DNA of 64,000 bases from NCBI GenBank assembly GCA_001643675.2, contig LSRY02000036.1, positions 620,001 through 684,000 on the forward strand. The letters are read 5' to 3'. Shown piece after piece: positions 1 through 10,721 of the stretch. Within the stretch, counting starts at the first letter, position 1. Each line of letters begins with the position of its first letter. The notes below the pieces were generated by a model. It was not told the origin of the DNA. It ran no database searches and saw only the letters and a list, made by a program, of their open reading frames with translations. This DNA comes from Monocercomonoides exilis PA203 (Eukaryota > Protista > Preaxostyla). The position numbers and the translations under genes are program-made.

Positions 1-1054
1 GCGAAGCAAGCATCGATGCAACAAATGGGTTAGGAATGGCAGCACGCATCTTCGCCATCTCTGCTTCTTGGGCCTGCTTAAAGGGGGACACAGGAAGTGG
101 AGAAGAAGTGATAGTCTTAAAGGCGTTTGTTGGAAGAGGTGGAAGTGTTTTTGTTGAAGGTGATGGAGTGGCCAAAAAAATGTTGAATACAGATGAAGAT
201 TCAGGGGTTGAGGAAACAGATTTGCATTTAGCAACAGACTGTTCCAAAGAAGTTGAAGCAGAAGGAGTTGAAAATGAGCTTGAGGCAAGTGAAGCTTTTG
301 AGTTTAAGGAATGAGAAGATGATGTTGGAGTTTCACAGTTAGATGGAGAAGATGAATGAACTAAGTTTTTTTCATTATGATTTGAAAATGGATTTTCTTG
401 CTGTAAATTAGGGCGTGGAGGCGTAAACACGGAAGAAGCTGGACTTAAACAAGAATTATTATGTACAAGTGTAATATTATTAAGTCCATTATTGCGTAAA
501 TCTTTATTTGAAGCAGAAAGAAGAGGAGATTCTTTAATTTGAATGTTTTCACGAGGAGGAGATATTACCGGTGAAAATGCCGCAGCCCCTGACGCGGATA
601 TAGTTTTATTATTACAGAAGCAATTTGTTATTCCGTTTGTCGATGAGCTTGAAAGACTTTGCTGTAATGAAATATCTGCATCCTTATCTTCAAAAAAATG
701 GATAAATTCCCTGAATATACTCATTCTACTTTGATCGTCAATTTCACGTCGAAGTATAAAGCTATGTGCGAATTTTTCTCCTTTCCAAGGCCCAGAATCA
801 GCCTCACATGAGCATTGGATGAATACAAAGGGCTCGAATCTGTTAGATAATAAGGAATAAACATTCACATGGTTATCCTTATAGCTCTTATTGCTTTCAT
901 CGATTTGTTGAAGTCCAAAAAATGTTTTTGTGGTTCCTTTGCGCAAAACTAATTTAATTGCATCCACAGAATAGAGTTCAGACAGTCTTTTCAGATCAAA
1001 TACAGCTTCTTTATAAAACAAATTAATAAACTCCTTTGCAACGGTCCCTTCCAT
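1..1054 (-). CDS. NTF2-like domain protein with Ser/Pro-rich tail (G3BP/Bre5-like layout); 3' end lies outside the window
   Basis: ATG at 1054 opens a frame with no stop to position 1, so it is absent from the ORF track. N-terminus MEGTVAKEFINCFYKEAVFDLKRLSELYSVDA...FFGLQQI...PFVFIQCSCE...KFAHSFILRRE...MSIFREFIHFF follows the NTF2 pattern (A..F...Y..., L..lY...a, G...I, F...F.L, I...f.f), then S/P-rich low-complexity sequence. Confidence 0.6.
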   Translation of the reverse strand, partial: MEGTVAKEFINLFYKEAVFDLKRLSELYSVDAIKLVLRKGTTKTFFGLQQIDESNKSYKDNHVNVYSLLSNRFEPFVFIQCSCEADSGPWKGEKFAHSFILRREIDDQSRMSIFREFIHFFEDKDADISLQQSLSSSSTNGITNCFCNNKTISASGAAAFSPVISPPRENIQIKESPLLSASNKDLRNNGLNNITLVHNNSCLSPASSVFTPPRPNLQQENPFSNHNEKNLVHSSSPSNCETPTSSSHSLNSKASLASSSFSTPSASTSLEQSVAKCKSVSSTPESSSVFNIFLATPSPSTKTLPPLPTNAFKTITSSPLPVSPFKQAQEAEMAKMRAAIPNPFVASMLAS

Positions 1055-1163
1055 AAACAAACTATAAAAATGTTTGATAAATAAGAAAAATAATGATTGA
1101 AATAAGACTGCAATCACTTATGGGTAATTTTCGAATAAAAAAATATTGGCATATGGATCAAAA

Positions 1164-2492
1164 ATGAATAAAGATCCTGAGAATCCTAAGGATCCTGAAA
1201 TTGTAGAGAATAAAGAAATACAATCTTCATCGAAATCTGAAGAAAAAGATGAAAATGAGGAAGAGGCACCAAAGCCAAAGCAAGTGATTAGATTTGTTCC
1301 TCGGAAAGCGGTTCGTTTCAGAGCTAGAGCGCCTCCTCCACCATCAGAAGCACCAAAAGTTCCAAGTCAATTTTCACAATTTACAGATAATATGATGCAA
1401 AAGATTTTGATGCAATTAAGCCATGAAGACAAACTCAAAGCTGCACTTGTTTGTTCAAAGTGGCGCGATTTGATTTGGGGAATGACGACAAGTGTTTGAA
1501 GTCTTTCACTATAAACCATTTTAAACATGATGTTTGCATATATATTTTTAAAGATTGATTTGACAGGTACAACAGCAAAAGCGTTTGCAATTGGACGTTC
1601 ACTTTCCAGATTCACTTCATTGAAACAAATAAAATTGCCATTGCAAAGTGCAGACATATTATGTCGAACAGTGGCACAAACATGCCCTAACCTTGAAGTT
1701 CTTCTTTTTTCGCATCCAGTTCGTGATGTTAACATTGCCGCATCGCAGAAACTTGCTGATCTCACATCTTCTCTTCGGCGAGGAATTGCGCAGGGTTTTA
1801 AACTTCGGCACACATCCGCTTCATCAAGCGATAAAGATAGTGCTTCAAGTGATGATTCTAAAAAGTCATCAGACATGAGTTCATTAGTGCAGATTACTCC
1901 TCCTAACAAGCACATTAGACAATTGTCTTCAACATCTCCATCAACCCCGTCGCCAATCCTTGGAACATCATATGGGGTGCTGACGCCTTCTCCTACATCG
2001 TCTGCATCCGCAACATCCACTTCTGGTTCTGTTCTGGATCCTTTGTCGTCTCCAGTCAAAGCTTCATCAGAAACAAAAGAAAAAACAGAAGATAATTCTG
2101 AAAAAGAATCTGATTCAAGTGATTCATCATCACCTTCTTCTTCTTCTTCTTCTTCTTCTTCTTCTTCTTCTTCTTCTTCTTCTTCTTCTTCTTCTTCTTC
2201 TTCTTCTTCTTCTTCTTCTTCTTCTTCGTCTGTATCTGAAGATTCTTCCTCTTCTTCCTCTTCCTCCTCTTCCTCCTCCAGTGCCACGCCCTCACTCCCA
2301 CCAGGAGTGTTCAACAAGATGACTGATGCCACCGCCAAGCTGCTATCGTCGTCTGCCACTCATCTGCACACCCTCGACCTCTCCTTCTGCTCTTCCCTTT
2401 CAGACGCTGGATTGGGCTTCTTCATCCGCAACTGCCCTGCCCTAAAGGTGCTCAACCTCAAGGGGTCGCTGAAGATATCTGACAGAGTTTGC

Positions 2493-2545
<53 letters not shown>

Positions 2546-3371
2546 ATTTTCAAAATTAATAATGTATTCTTCTATTGACATATGTATTATTAACTGCATG
2601 ATGTTCTCTATAAAGGCTCTTTATGCTCTCTTTACTCCTTCTCCTAAACTAACATCATCATCATCTTCCTCTTCTTCTTCCTCTTCTTCCTCTTCTCCTT
2701 CCTCTCAACAACAACTCCCACCATCTTCTCTGACCTCTTCTCTTCTCAACCCCACTCTTTCTTCATCTCCAATCACTCCATCTCGAACACCTTCTTCTTC
2801 TTCTTCTTCTTCTCTTTCCTCCTCCTCCTCCTCTTCTTCTTCTTCTGATCCTTCTTCTTCTCTCATCCAGCCCCCCTCCCTCACCTTCCTCGACATCTCC
2901 CAGTGCTCCTGCATCACTCCCCAGGCACTCACCATGTTCTCTCAGTCTCGCTCTCTCTCCTGCCTCCTCCTCAACAACGCCACTCAGTTCACCCCTGACG
3001 AGCTCAAAAGAGTCGTCAGACCTTTGAGGATTGCTAATTCTTCCTCTTCCTCTTCCTCTTCCTCTTCCTCTTCTTCTTCTTCCTCTTCCTCTTCTCAATT
3101 TCCTTCTCCAAAGACGTCACCTGTGTTGGCGCCTGTTCCATTCAGCAGCACTCAGACAAGAGGAATGTCCAGACTGAAGAGACTGGAAATGAGTGGAACT
3201 GGTTTGTTTTTATATTATTTATTTATTTTATTTTATTTTATTTTATTTTATTTTATTTTATTTTATTTTTAACTAATCTTATCATAAATTTCTTTTTTTT
3301 TCTATTTCTTTATCCTCTTTTCTATTTGAATATTCCAATATAACATCCCCACAAATTTCTCCTTCATATTA

Positions 3372-3409
<38 letters not shown>

Positions 3410-3755
3410 CTCACTCACTCACTCTCTCTCCTCACCCACAATAACATTAACACATCCAGCATTGAATGACGATGCCCTCTCATTCATCGTCCAGCGTGCC
3501 CCTCTCCTTCGCAACTTGAATGTCTCATTCTGCGCAGCCATCACTTCTGCCTCTCTCTCAGTCATCGCTGAGTCTCTGGCTTTCTTAGAAACACTGAATA
3601 TTTCTGGATGCATTGGCATCACAAGCAAAGCAGTGAAGGCGTTTAAAGACGAAGCAGAAGGCAAAGGGCACCACATTAATGTTATCTTCGAAACAAAGAG
3701 GAAAAGCGGAAGTGAGAGTCCTGATCCTCGAGAGGAAAACATTCAAAATACTTGA
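1164..3755 (+). CDS. F-box/leucine-rich-repeat (FBXL-type) protein, 4 exons (1164-1493, 1554-2486, 2616-3201, 3460-3755)
   Basis: F-box motif FSQFTDNMMQKILMQLSHEDKLKAALVCSKWRDL. Cys-type LRRs LHTLDLSFCSSLSDAGL, LTFLDISQCSCIT, LRNLNVSFCAAIT, LETLNISGCIGIT. Three GT-AG introns join the ORF pieces in frame. Long poly-Ser inserts. Confidence 0.85.
2136..2225 (+). repeat. Coding (TCT)~30 microsatellite encoding poly-Ser
   Basis: Perfect TCT run inside exon 2 of the F-box/LRR gene. Confidence 0.95.
2494..2543. repeat. Intronic (TATT)n microsatellite
   Basis: Directly visible in intron 2487-2615. Intron 3202-3459 carries (TTTTA)n and (CT)n tracts. Confidence 0.9.
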
Positions 3756-3902
3756 ACTGTTTTAAATTTTGCTTTATTATGTTATTGATTATTGCATTTA
3801 TTTTCATATCACCTGTAAAAGCGTTGTTCTTGCGCTTTTAAAAAATCACGAGTAAAATCGAACTTTTTTAAAGGAAAAGGTTATGGCTACATTTTTGATC
3901 AA

Positions 3903-4868
3903 ATGCCTTTCTCTATTGTTGCTCTTGTTGCTGTGGTCTTTTGGGCTGCAGCTCATTTCTTGTTTTTTTCAAAATTATTTTTTGCATATAAAAAATTGCT
4001 TCCAAAATTCAGCGAAGAAACTCATTATTCATTTTCGAGAATTACATATTTTGTGCCTTTGTGCATTGTACAATTGATTGCTATCTTTTTCTCACACTCA
4101 AAAAGCGCGATGATATCGTCATCAACTTTAAAAAATCCTGCTTTCTGTGTTTTTGCGTTGATTGCCACTGGATTGAGCCATTATCACTTCATCAGACTTT
4201 TCTTTAAAAAATGTTCACCAACTGATGCCGAACAAGACATGTCCATGATTGAATATTATTTAGAAATAGTATTTATGTTGATTTCCCTGCAACAGCATCT
4301 TTTGCGACCAGTTCTCATCCATTCATTTTTTATATCAATATGTTCAATTTTTCTTGAAATCTCAAATATCTCGTTATTCGAAGAAAAAGAAGCATATAAC
4401 GATAATGATGACAACAATCAATCACAATCTTCTTCTTCTTCTTCTGATTCTGGTTCTATTTCTCAAAATTCAATGTCAACAACAAGTCACACTTCATTCA
4501 TAAAACCCTTATCCACAACACCTCTCTTTTTAATATATGGAGCAACGTTCGTTATCTTTCGGATTGTAGCATTCATATTTGTGGTTATAAAAGAAACGTA
4601 TGCCTTGACTTTTTTCTTTTTAAATCCATTTTATTTTCACAAAAAATACAATATCTTTTATTGAAAATTTTTTAATAGATTTCACAATTTTTGCTTATTC
4701 CCAGGCATTGGTTCACTCTTTTTATGGATACTGTCTCTTGGAATATTTTCTGTCAACTTCATTGAAATGGCACACATTATAAGAATGATCACACGCTTCA
4801 AAGATGTTGCTGAGCATCTAACAACTATCGGAAATGCATTAACTAAATTAAAAAGGAAAGCGCAATGA
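3903..4868 (+). CDS. Multi-pass membrane protein, TLC (TRAM/LAG1/CLN8)-like, 2 exons (3903-4597, 4679-4868)
   Basis: Several hydrophobic segments. TLC-like motifs IFLEISNISL and TFVIFRIV, and a C-terminal VNFIEMAHIIRM. Intron GTATGC...TAG (4598-4678) restores frame to TGA at 4866-4868. Confidence 0.55.
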
Positions 4869-5148
4869 ATAATCCTCGTATTTACATCTTTTGTTTATAT
4901 TCAAAAAAATAGCTAATATCTCTATCAATTTTTACCTTTTTTTTCCGCAAAATACCAAAAATAAAGCAATATTTTGCATAACTTGGATTTTAATTTTAAA
5001 ATAATAATATGGCTGATGATGTGCGAGACAATTGCATTTAAAACTCGTTTATGTTCCAAAATCAATAAAAACAAATCGTCAACTCTTCACAACGCAAAAC
5101 GACTATAAATGCCACAGTCTCAAAGGAAAATTCTGTAAGATGATTCAA

Positions 5149-5632
5149 TTACATCTTTTTAAGTCCCTCATAAGCCTCTTTGATTTGTTTCAATTTCTTT
5201 TCGCAATTTTTGCAATCTGGGTGTGTTTGTGGATTGCTAAAATAAAATGGTACATACCAAAATTAACTTCACTAACAATAGAAATGCACACTATTTTACA
5301 GTTAATTCGTCATATGCATCGCGAATTTGACTTGATGATGCATCCTTTTTAACTTCAAGCCAACGGTAATACTTTGTCGGTGCAGAGTTGTATTGTTTAA
5401 CAAACAATAATGCTCCTCCAATAACAAGAGCTCCAATAATAACCAAGAGAATTACAAAGAAAACATTTGAAAGCTTGTCTGTTGAGACATCTGTTGGGTT
5501 GACTTGTTTCACTGTCTTTTCGACTTTTTTCGCATGTTTTTGCTTTGCGATTTTATCGCTTTTCCTTGCACGCTCTTTAACTTTGTAATCCGGTTTATAT
5601 TGTGGAGTAACTGGCCTGTTGTTACGATACAT
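5149..5632 (-). CDS. Small single-TM protein with C-terminal J-like domain, 2 exons (5632-5292, 5236-5149)
   Basis: TM segment VFFVILLVIIGALVIGGALLFV, then KYYRWLEVKKDASSSQIRDAYDELTVK. A 55-nt GT-AG intron (5237-5291) continues it as YNPQTHPDCKNCEKKLKQIKEAYEGLKKM-stop. Confidence 0.75.
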
Positions 5633-5747
5633 TTAGATCTATACCCATTCACTCTCCTTTGACATTTTAAAATTTTTTGTATTTCAAAGGTACAAATGAC
5701 AAAACAAAGAAATTAACAAACATATTAACCATACAATATATTACAGT

Positions 5748-8700
5748 TTATTTTTGAAGAAAAGAATTAAGCTGGACAGGTATCTCTGATTCCGATAATA
5801 TTCTCCTTATCCCACTTGGCAATTCTCGAAAGTCATAACTCTGGTGCAAAAAACGAATTCGGAATTTAAAAAAAATCCAAAACAAAAATTTGTTAAGCGA
5901 AAAAACTTATCAAAAAAATGCACACATCGTCGGGTATTCCCATAACTTTCCTTACACTGTTGACTATTAGATTATTTGGTGAATCAATCTTGCCACTTCG
6001 TACCCTTAAATCGCAAATACCACAAAATAAATGAATAAAATAAAATAAAATAAAATAAATATAATTTAAAAAAATTATCTTGAGTGTATAAGAAGACGCA
6101 TACAGAACTGCAAATCCGTGGAACACTGCCTCCACAATGAAACCCGCGTCCTTCATCCTCGGCATTCGATCAGCCGCCACTCCTTCTTCTCCTTCCTCTC
6201 TCTCTTCATTGCCTCTCAGTGTGAGCATCAGCGGGGCGGGTGTGGCTGCTTTGCTTTTGATGTCCTTTTGGAGCAGCTGTGCGGACGAGGCGAAATGGCG
6301 GGGCAGACCTTGGATGACATCTCGGATGGCACTCAGACACTCGCTGAAGCGCTTCAGAGAGGACTCGTCACGCTCGGGGGATGTGTGGAGGAGATCGTGG
6401 GCACTTGGGAGGAGAATGGGGGAAGAAGGGAAAGGGGAAGAAGGGAAAAGAGAAGAAGAAGAAGGAAGTTGAGATGAGCAGGTGTGTTGTTTGTTTGGGA
6501 AAAGGATGGATAAAAATATTAATCGAAAAAATAAAAAATAACATTATTGTTGGTAAAAAACAATAATTCATAAGATTAAAGAGAAATACAAAAAAGCATC
6601 CAATCACTTTTTACAAAAGAACAGAAAGAAAGAAAGCAACCTCAAATATTTTATCCACATTAAATATTCTTCATACCGATAGACATAAACGAGCAATCTG
6701 TTCAAAAAGAAAGGAGAGCCATGAAACAGCAAGAAGACGACAAAAGGCACAGAAGGTGTTAGCAGAATGTCAGAGCTGTATTTTTCGTGTGCCACAAGAA
6801 GAGATTCATAGAAAGAGAGAAATGCATCAATGAAAAGGGCGCTGAGGTTGGTGAAGTGCCAAAGAAAAGGCGGATGTGAGCCGAACTGCTGCTGAGAGGC
6901 GATGTCAGAAGAAAGAGAATAAGAAGGAGAAGGAGAAGAAGGAGAAGAAGAAAATGAAGAAGAAGAAGAAGATGATGATGATGAATACTGCGAGGGAGAG
7001 AAAGAGAGGCCATTTAATGAACTGTTAGTGGATGTGAAGTCTGTGTGTGGTGGATACAATCCATTGGATGTCTGAGTTGTTTTGTCAGCACTTGCCAACC
7101 GGCTGCCCATGAAATTGAGGCAGCAGTGTGTGCAGAAGGAGTCAATGAACATGGCCAGCTGGTGGCAAGTGAGTCGATAGCCCTCCAAAGTGCTGAGGGG
7201 AACAGAAGAGAAGACGGAATGTGAGGGAAGAGGAGGGTCTGATTGAACAGCAGCGCTGCCAGGGCGAGAAAGGAAGGAGGACGGGGTGATTGGCGAAGAG
7301 GAAGCAGAGGTGAGAAGAAGGGTTGACTGGGGTGTGATGGCAGGGGAGATGGCTGGGGTGATGGAGGGAGGGATGGACAGTGGGCCAGATGAAGAAGAGA
7401 AAGAAGAAGAAGATGATGATGATGATGAAAATGAGTGAAGAGCAAGAGCCTTCCTCTGAGCAGATATGGCAGCAAGCGAAGGAGAAAGGCCAAGGGCGAG
7501 CCAGTTGAGCAGCAGCGACACGACGCAGCGGATGGCAGCCACGTTGAAAGTGACAGCAGTCTGCTCGGCAGACGAGTGGGAGATGAGAGGGAGAGTGAGA
7601 GAGGCCTTGGTGAGGCAGAGGGGGCGGAGGACGAGGCGGAAGAGGGAAGGGAAAGGGAGCGGGTTGATGTGCGAAATGAGGCTGAGGAGGAGCGACGTGC
7701 GGATTGTGTGGAAGAAAAGAGAAGTGGACTCTGAAATGGAAAGGGCTGAAGGAGCGCTTTTTGCGGCGCTGGTGGAATCTTCAGTGTTTGTGTTGGAAGT
7801 GCCATTTCTTTCGTTGTTTCTGCTATTGCTGCTGCTGCTGTTGCTAAAACGCTCAGAAAGAGAAGAAGGCCGCTTCATCATCCGCATCAGCTGTGTCAGC
7901 TCTGTGCTGCTGTCTTCTTCGGAATACTCGTCTTCTCCACTCTCATCACTTTCGCCTTCATTCTCTGCAGTGGCATCGCTATCTGCAGTGATATTTCTTC
8001 TTCTTCCACTTCTTTTTTGCCTTCTGCCCCCAAACTCAGCAATCGTCTGCTTTCTGATGGACATCTGCCTTTCCAGTGCGAAGAACAGACTCGATCCCCA
8101 AAAGGGGCCATTCCACGTCTTCAGAAAGGAGAAGAGGAATCTGTCGATTTCGAGTGGGTGCTCCTGCATCTCCTGCTGTGTCTGCACAACAAGAGAGAGG
8201 AAACGGCACTGCTTCGACAGCTGGGCAGTGTCCAGGTGCACGTCAAACAGAGCGGGAAGACGCATCCGCAGAAACTGTGTTAGACGACTGGAGATGCCAT
8301 CTGATATTAAATTAATAAAAAAAATTGTATTGTTTAAAAAAAGAATTATGATAAATTGAAAATAAATAAATAAACAAATTCATAAATAAAAGCGATAAAA
8401 TCATTAAAATTTTATATGGAAAAAAAAAAAACGTTAATAGAAACGCAAATAGATACCGTCAGCAGTGAGCATCAGAGCGTGTCTCCAGAAAGGATGCGAC
8501 AGGACGACGCCTGCTCTGTCTGGCCATCTGAGCTGGTCTGTGTGAGTGGCCAGCTCTGCCAGCGACGAGAACGCATCAGGAAACAGCAGCTTTCTTGGTG
8601 GGAGACGGATGTTTGCAGCCATCACGACAGAAGGCGACAGAGAGCGAGAGAGTGAGCGAGAAGGAGAATCCCTCCCCGACGACACAGACGAGGCAGATGG

Positions 8701-10642
8701 CTCAGACTCCAGCCTTTGCCTCCTCGTCGGCTCCTCTGCCTCGTCTGCCTCACTCAGGTCTTTCTTCCGTGTGCTTCTCCCTCGTTCACGCCGCCGCTCT
8801 TCGCGGTGCATCTCTCGCACTTTCTCCTTCGCCCACTCTCTGTCCTTGTCCACTCCTCCGCTTCTGCCCCCAAAATAACCCAAAAACGATGCAGACGGCA
8901 CGCTTCCTGCTTGCAGGCTCTCTGCCAGCGCTTCAGAGGCAATCAGCTGACGCTGCGGATACAGCGACATGTGTGTAACTGCCTCAGCAAGTGACATCTG
9001 TGCCACATTTCCCAGCGCCCCCCTGCTTTTTGTGGGAGGTCTGCCTCTTCCCCTTCCTCTCCCTCTGCCTTGTCCTCTTCCACTGACTCCACTGGCACTG
9101 CTTTGAGATGCTCCGAAGGGCAGCTGAGGAAACAGAAGAGAAGAAGAAGGGTTGATTGCAGAGAGCATTCTGATGTGCGATTGCTGGACGGAAGAAGAGC
9201 CGGTTGAGTTGAGTGAATGAGATGTGGTTGTGGATGATGTTGATGAAGAAGATAATGTGACAACAGCAACTGGAAGAGAGAGAGGAATAAGGCTGTCATC
9301 GAGAACTTCGCTTATATGACCATCGTTTGCGTCTCCATTCATTGATGTCGTTTGAGTTGAGTCAGATTGATCTTTCGATGAAGTGGCATTTGTTTCTGAA
9401 GAATGAAATCGTCCACCTTCTTTGGAACTTTCGCTTCTTCCTCCTCTTCCCCTGCCCCTGCCCCTTCCCCTTCCTCTCCATCTACTTCCACCACCTCTCT
9501 CTCCTTGTAACTGAAGTGCTCGCACGCGCATTGGGTCTTTCCGATAAGCAGCCTCGAGTGCAGGGGGAATGAACAGCTGTGGTTGTGCTTTTGACAAAGG
9601 ATCAGAAGACGAAGAAATAAGCTCTGTTGTTGTGGAAGTTAAATCTGTCGTGTTGTTGGTTTTGTCTGATGATGATTGATAGAAATATCCGTGTGGTGTG
9701 TATACTGAAAGAAGAGAAGATAAGCTTGCTTGTGAGAGTTCTGTTGACGAAAAAGAAAGATGTGACTCAGAATCAACTTGAAAATCGTGGAATTCACCAG
9801 TGTGTAGTTGATGGATCCAGGCATACCAGGACATGTGCTCAAACTTAAAAATTAAATGGGAGAGGGAGAAAAAATAAAGACATATTTCATTTTCCTTTAA
9901 AAATATCTTTCTTTAAACAGACTTTAAATGGTGCTGCAATTTTTTGTGATATGCGTGAGAACTTCTTTGCATTTGCGCTTCCAATAAAGCAATCAAAAAG
10001 ATGCTGAAGAGATAAAAGAGCGATATTATCTCTATCATCTTCGATGAGCTTTGAACTATTTTTATACAAAATAGAAATGCTTTATCTGAAAAAGAAAAAA
10101 TTTAGGAAAGACAAACAGTTGTTGTATACGATCAGGCCGAACGTGTCTACGTTCAGTAATTAAGTATAGAATATGACATGCCGGTTTTCTTTTGAAAAAT
10201 TGCAAAAAAGAGAAAAATATTAAATATCGTCACAGCCAAAGAATAATCGCAAACCTTAAACTGTCGTATTCAAGAAGCTGGAAAAAAACTTCATATATAC
10301 TTCGAATATTGCGAACGCCATCAATAAAATCAATGACCATTGTCATCCACTTCAAACACCATTTTATGACAGAATAGTGAAATTCTGCCATCATTCCGCA
10401 AAGTTCCAAAATTGAAACTTCAGTAACGCATCCTTTTGGATTTAAAGATTGCAAAATCTTTATTATCTCTTTCTCTTGATCTCCTATAAGAAGCCAAAAA
10501 AATAAACTTTTATGTTCTTTTTAAATTGTCACAAGCCTGAAATACGCAATGCATCTGGTATTCCTCTGATTAACATATGAATTTCTGTTTGATCTAGCCC
10601 CTCTGAAACACCTTTTTTCAGGAGACTTTCGAAATAATCCAT
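5748..10642 (-). CDS. CENPI: Centromere protein I (CENP-I/Mis6/Ctf3) homologue, about 9 exons, roughly 1,300 aa with low-complexity insertions
   Basis: The spliced product shows Mis6/CENP-I motifs in order: EGLDQTEIHML; KWCLKWMTMVIDFID..NIRSIYEVFFQLL..DSLRKPACHILYLITERRHVRPDRIQQL; FSSLAELATHTDQLRWPDRAGVVLSHPFWRH; QQEMQE..IDRFLFSFLKTWNG; LLTPSVPFVVFLLF..SPFFLNRL. All junctions are GT-AG and in frame. Stop TAA at 5748-5750. Family recognised by eye. Confidence 0.75.
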
Positions 10643-10721
10643 TTTAAATTTTTACAAAGAATTAATTAGAAGATTAAGGTGTTGATCTTGATTCCCATAC
10701 GCTTAAGATAGAAGGTCAAAG
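10643..10721. promoter_or_regulatory. Probable compact bidirectional promoter (79 bp) between CENP-I and the NEK kinase
   Basis: Divergent ATGs at 10642 (-) and 10722 (+). Promoter function is inferred from geometry only. Confidence 0.5.

Noticed and set aside
1367-2359. 330-aa poly-Glu antisense ORF, and the poly-Lys and poly-Leu ORFs at 2056-2322
   Set aside because: Shadow frames of the (TCT)n tract within the F-box/LRR exon; the repeat has no stop codon in any frame.
5133-5152. 20-nt GTAATT...TACAG micro-intron overlapping the J-like gene stop codon
   Set aside because: Much shorter than other introns here, and splicing it would add only about three residues before another stop.
5149-5632. 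Possible Pam18/Tim14 mitochondrial import J-protein (TM followed by a short C-terminal J-domain)
   Set aside because: Lacks the Pam18 signatures (GGF..M...EA, NHPDxGGS). The YYxxLxV start is that of general DnaJ domains.
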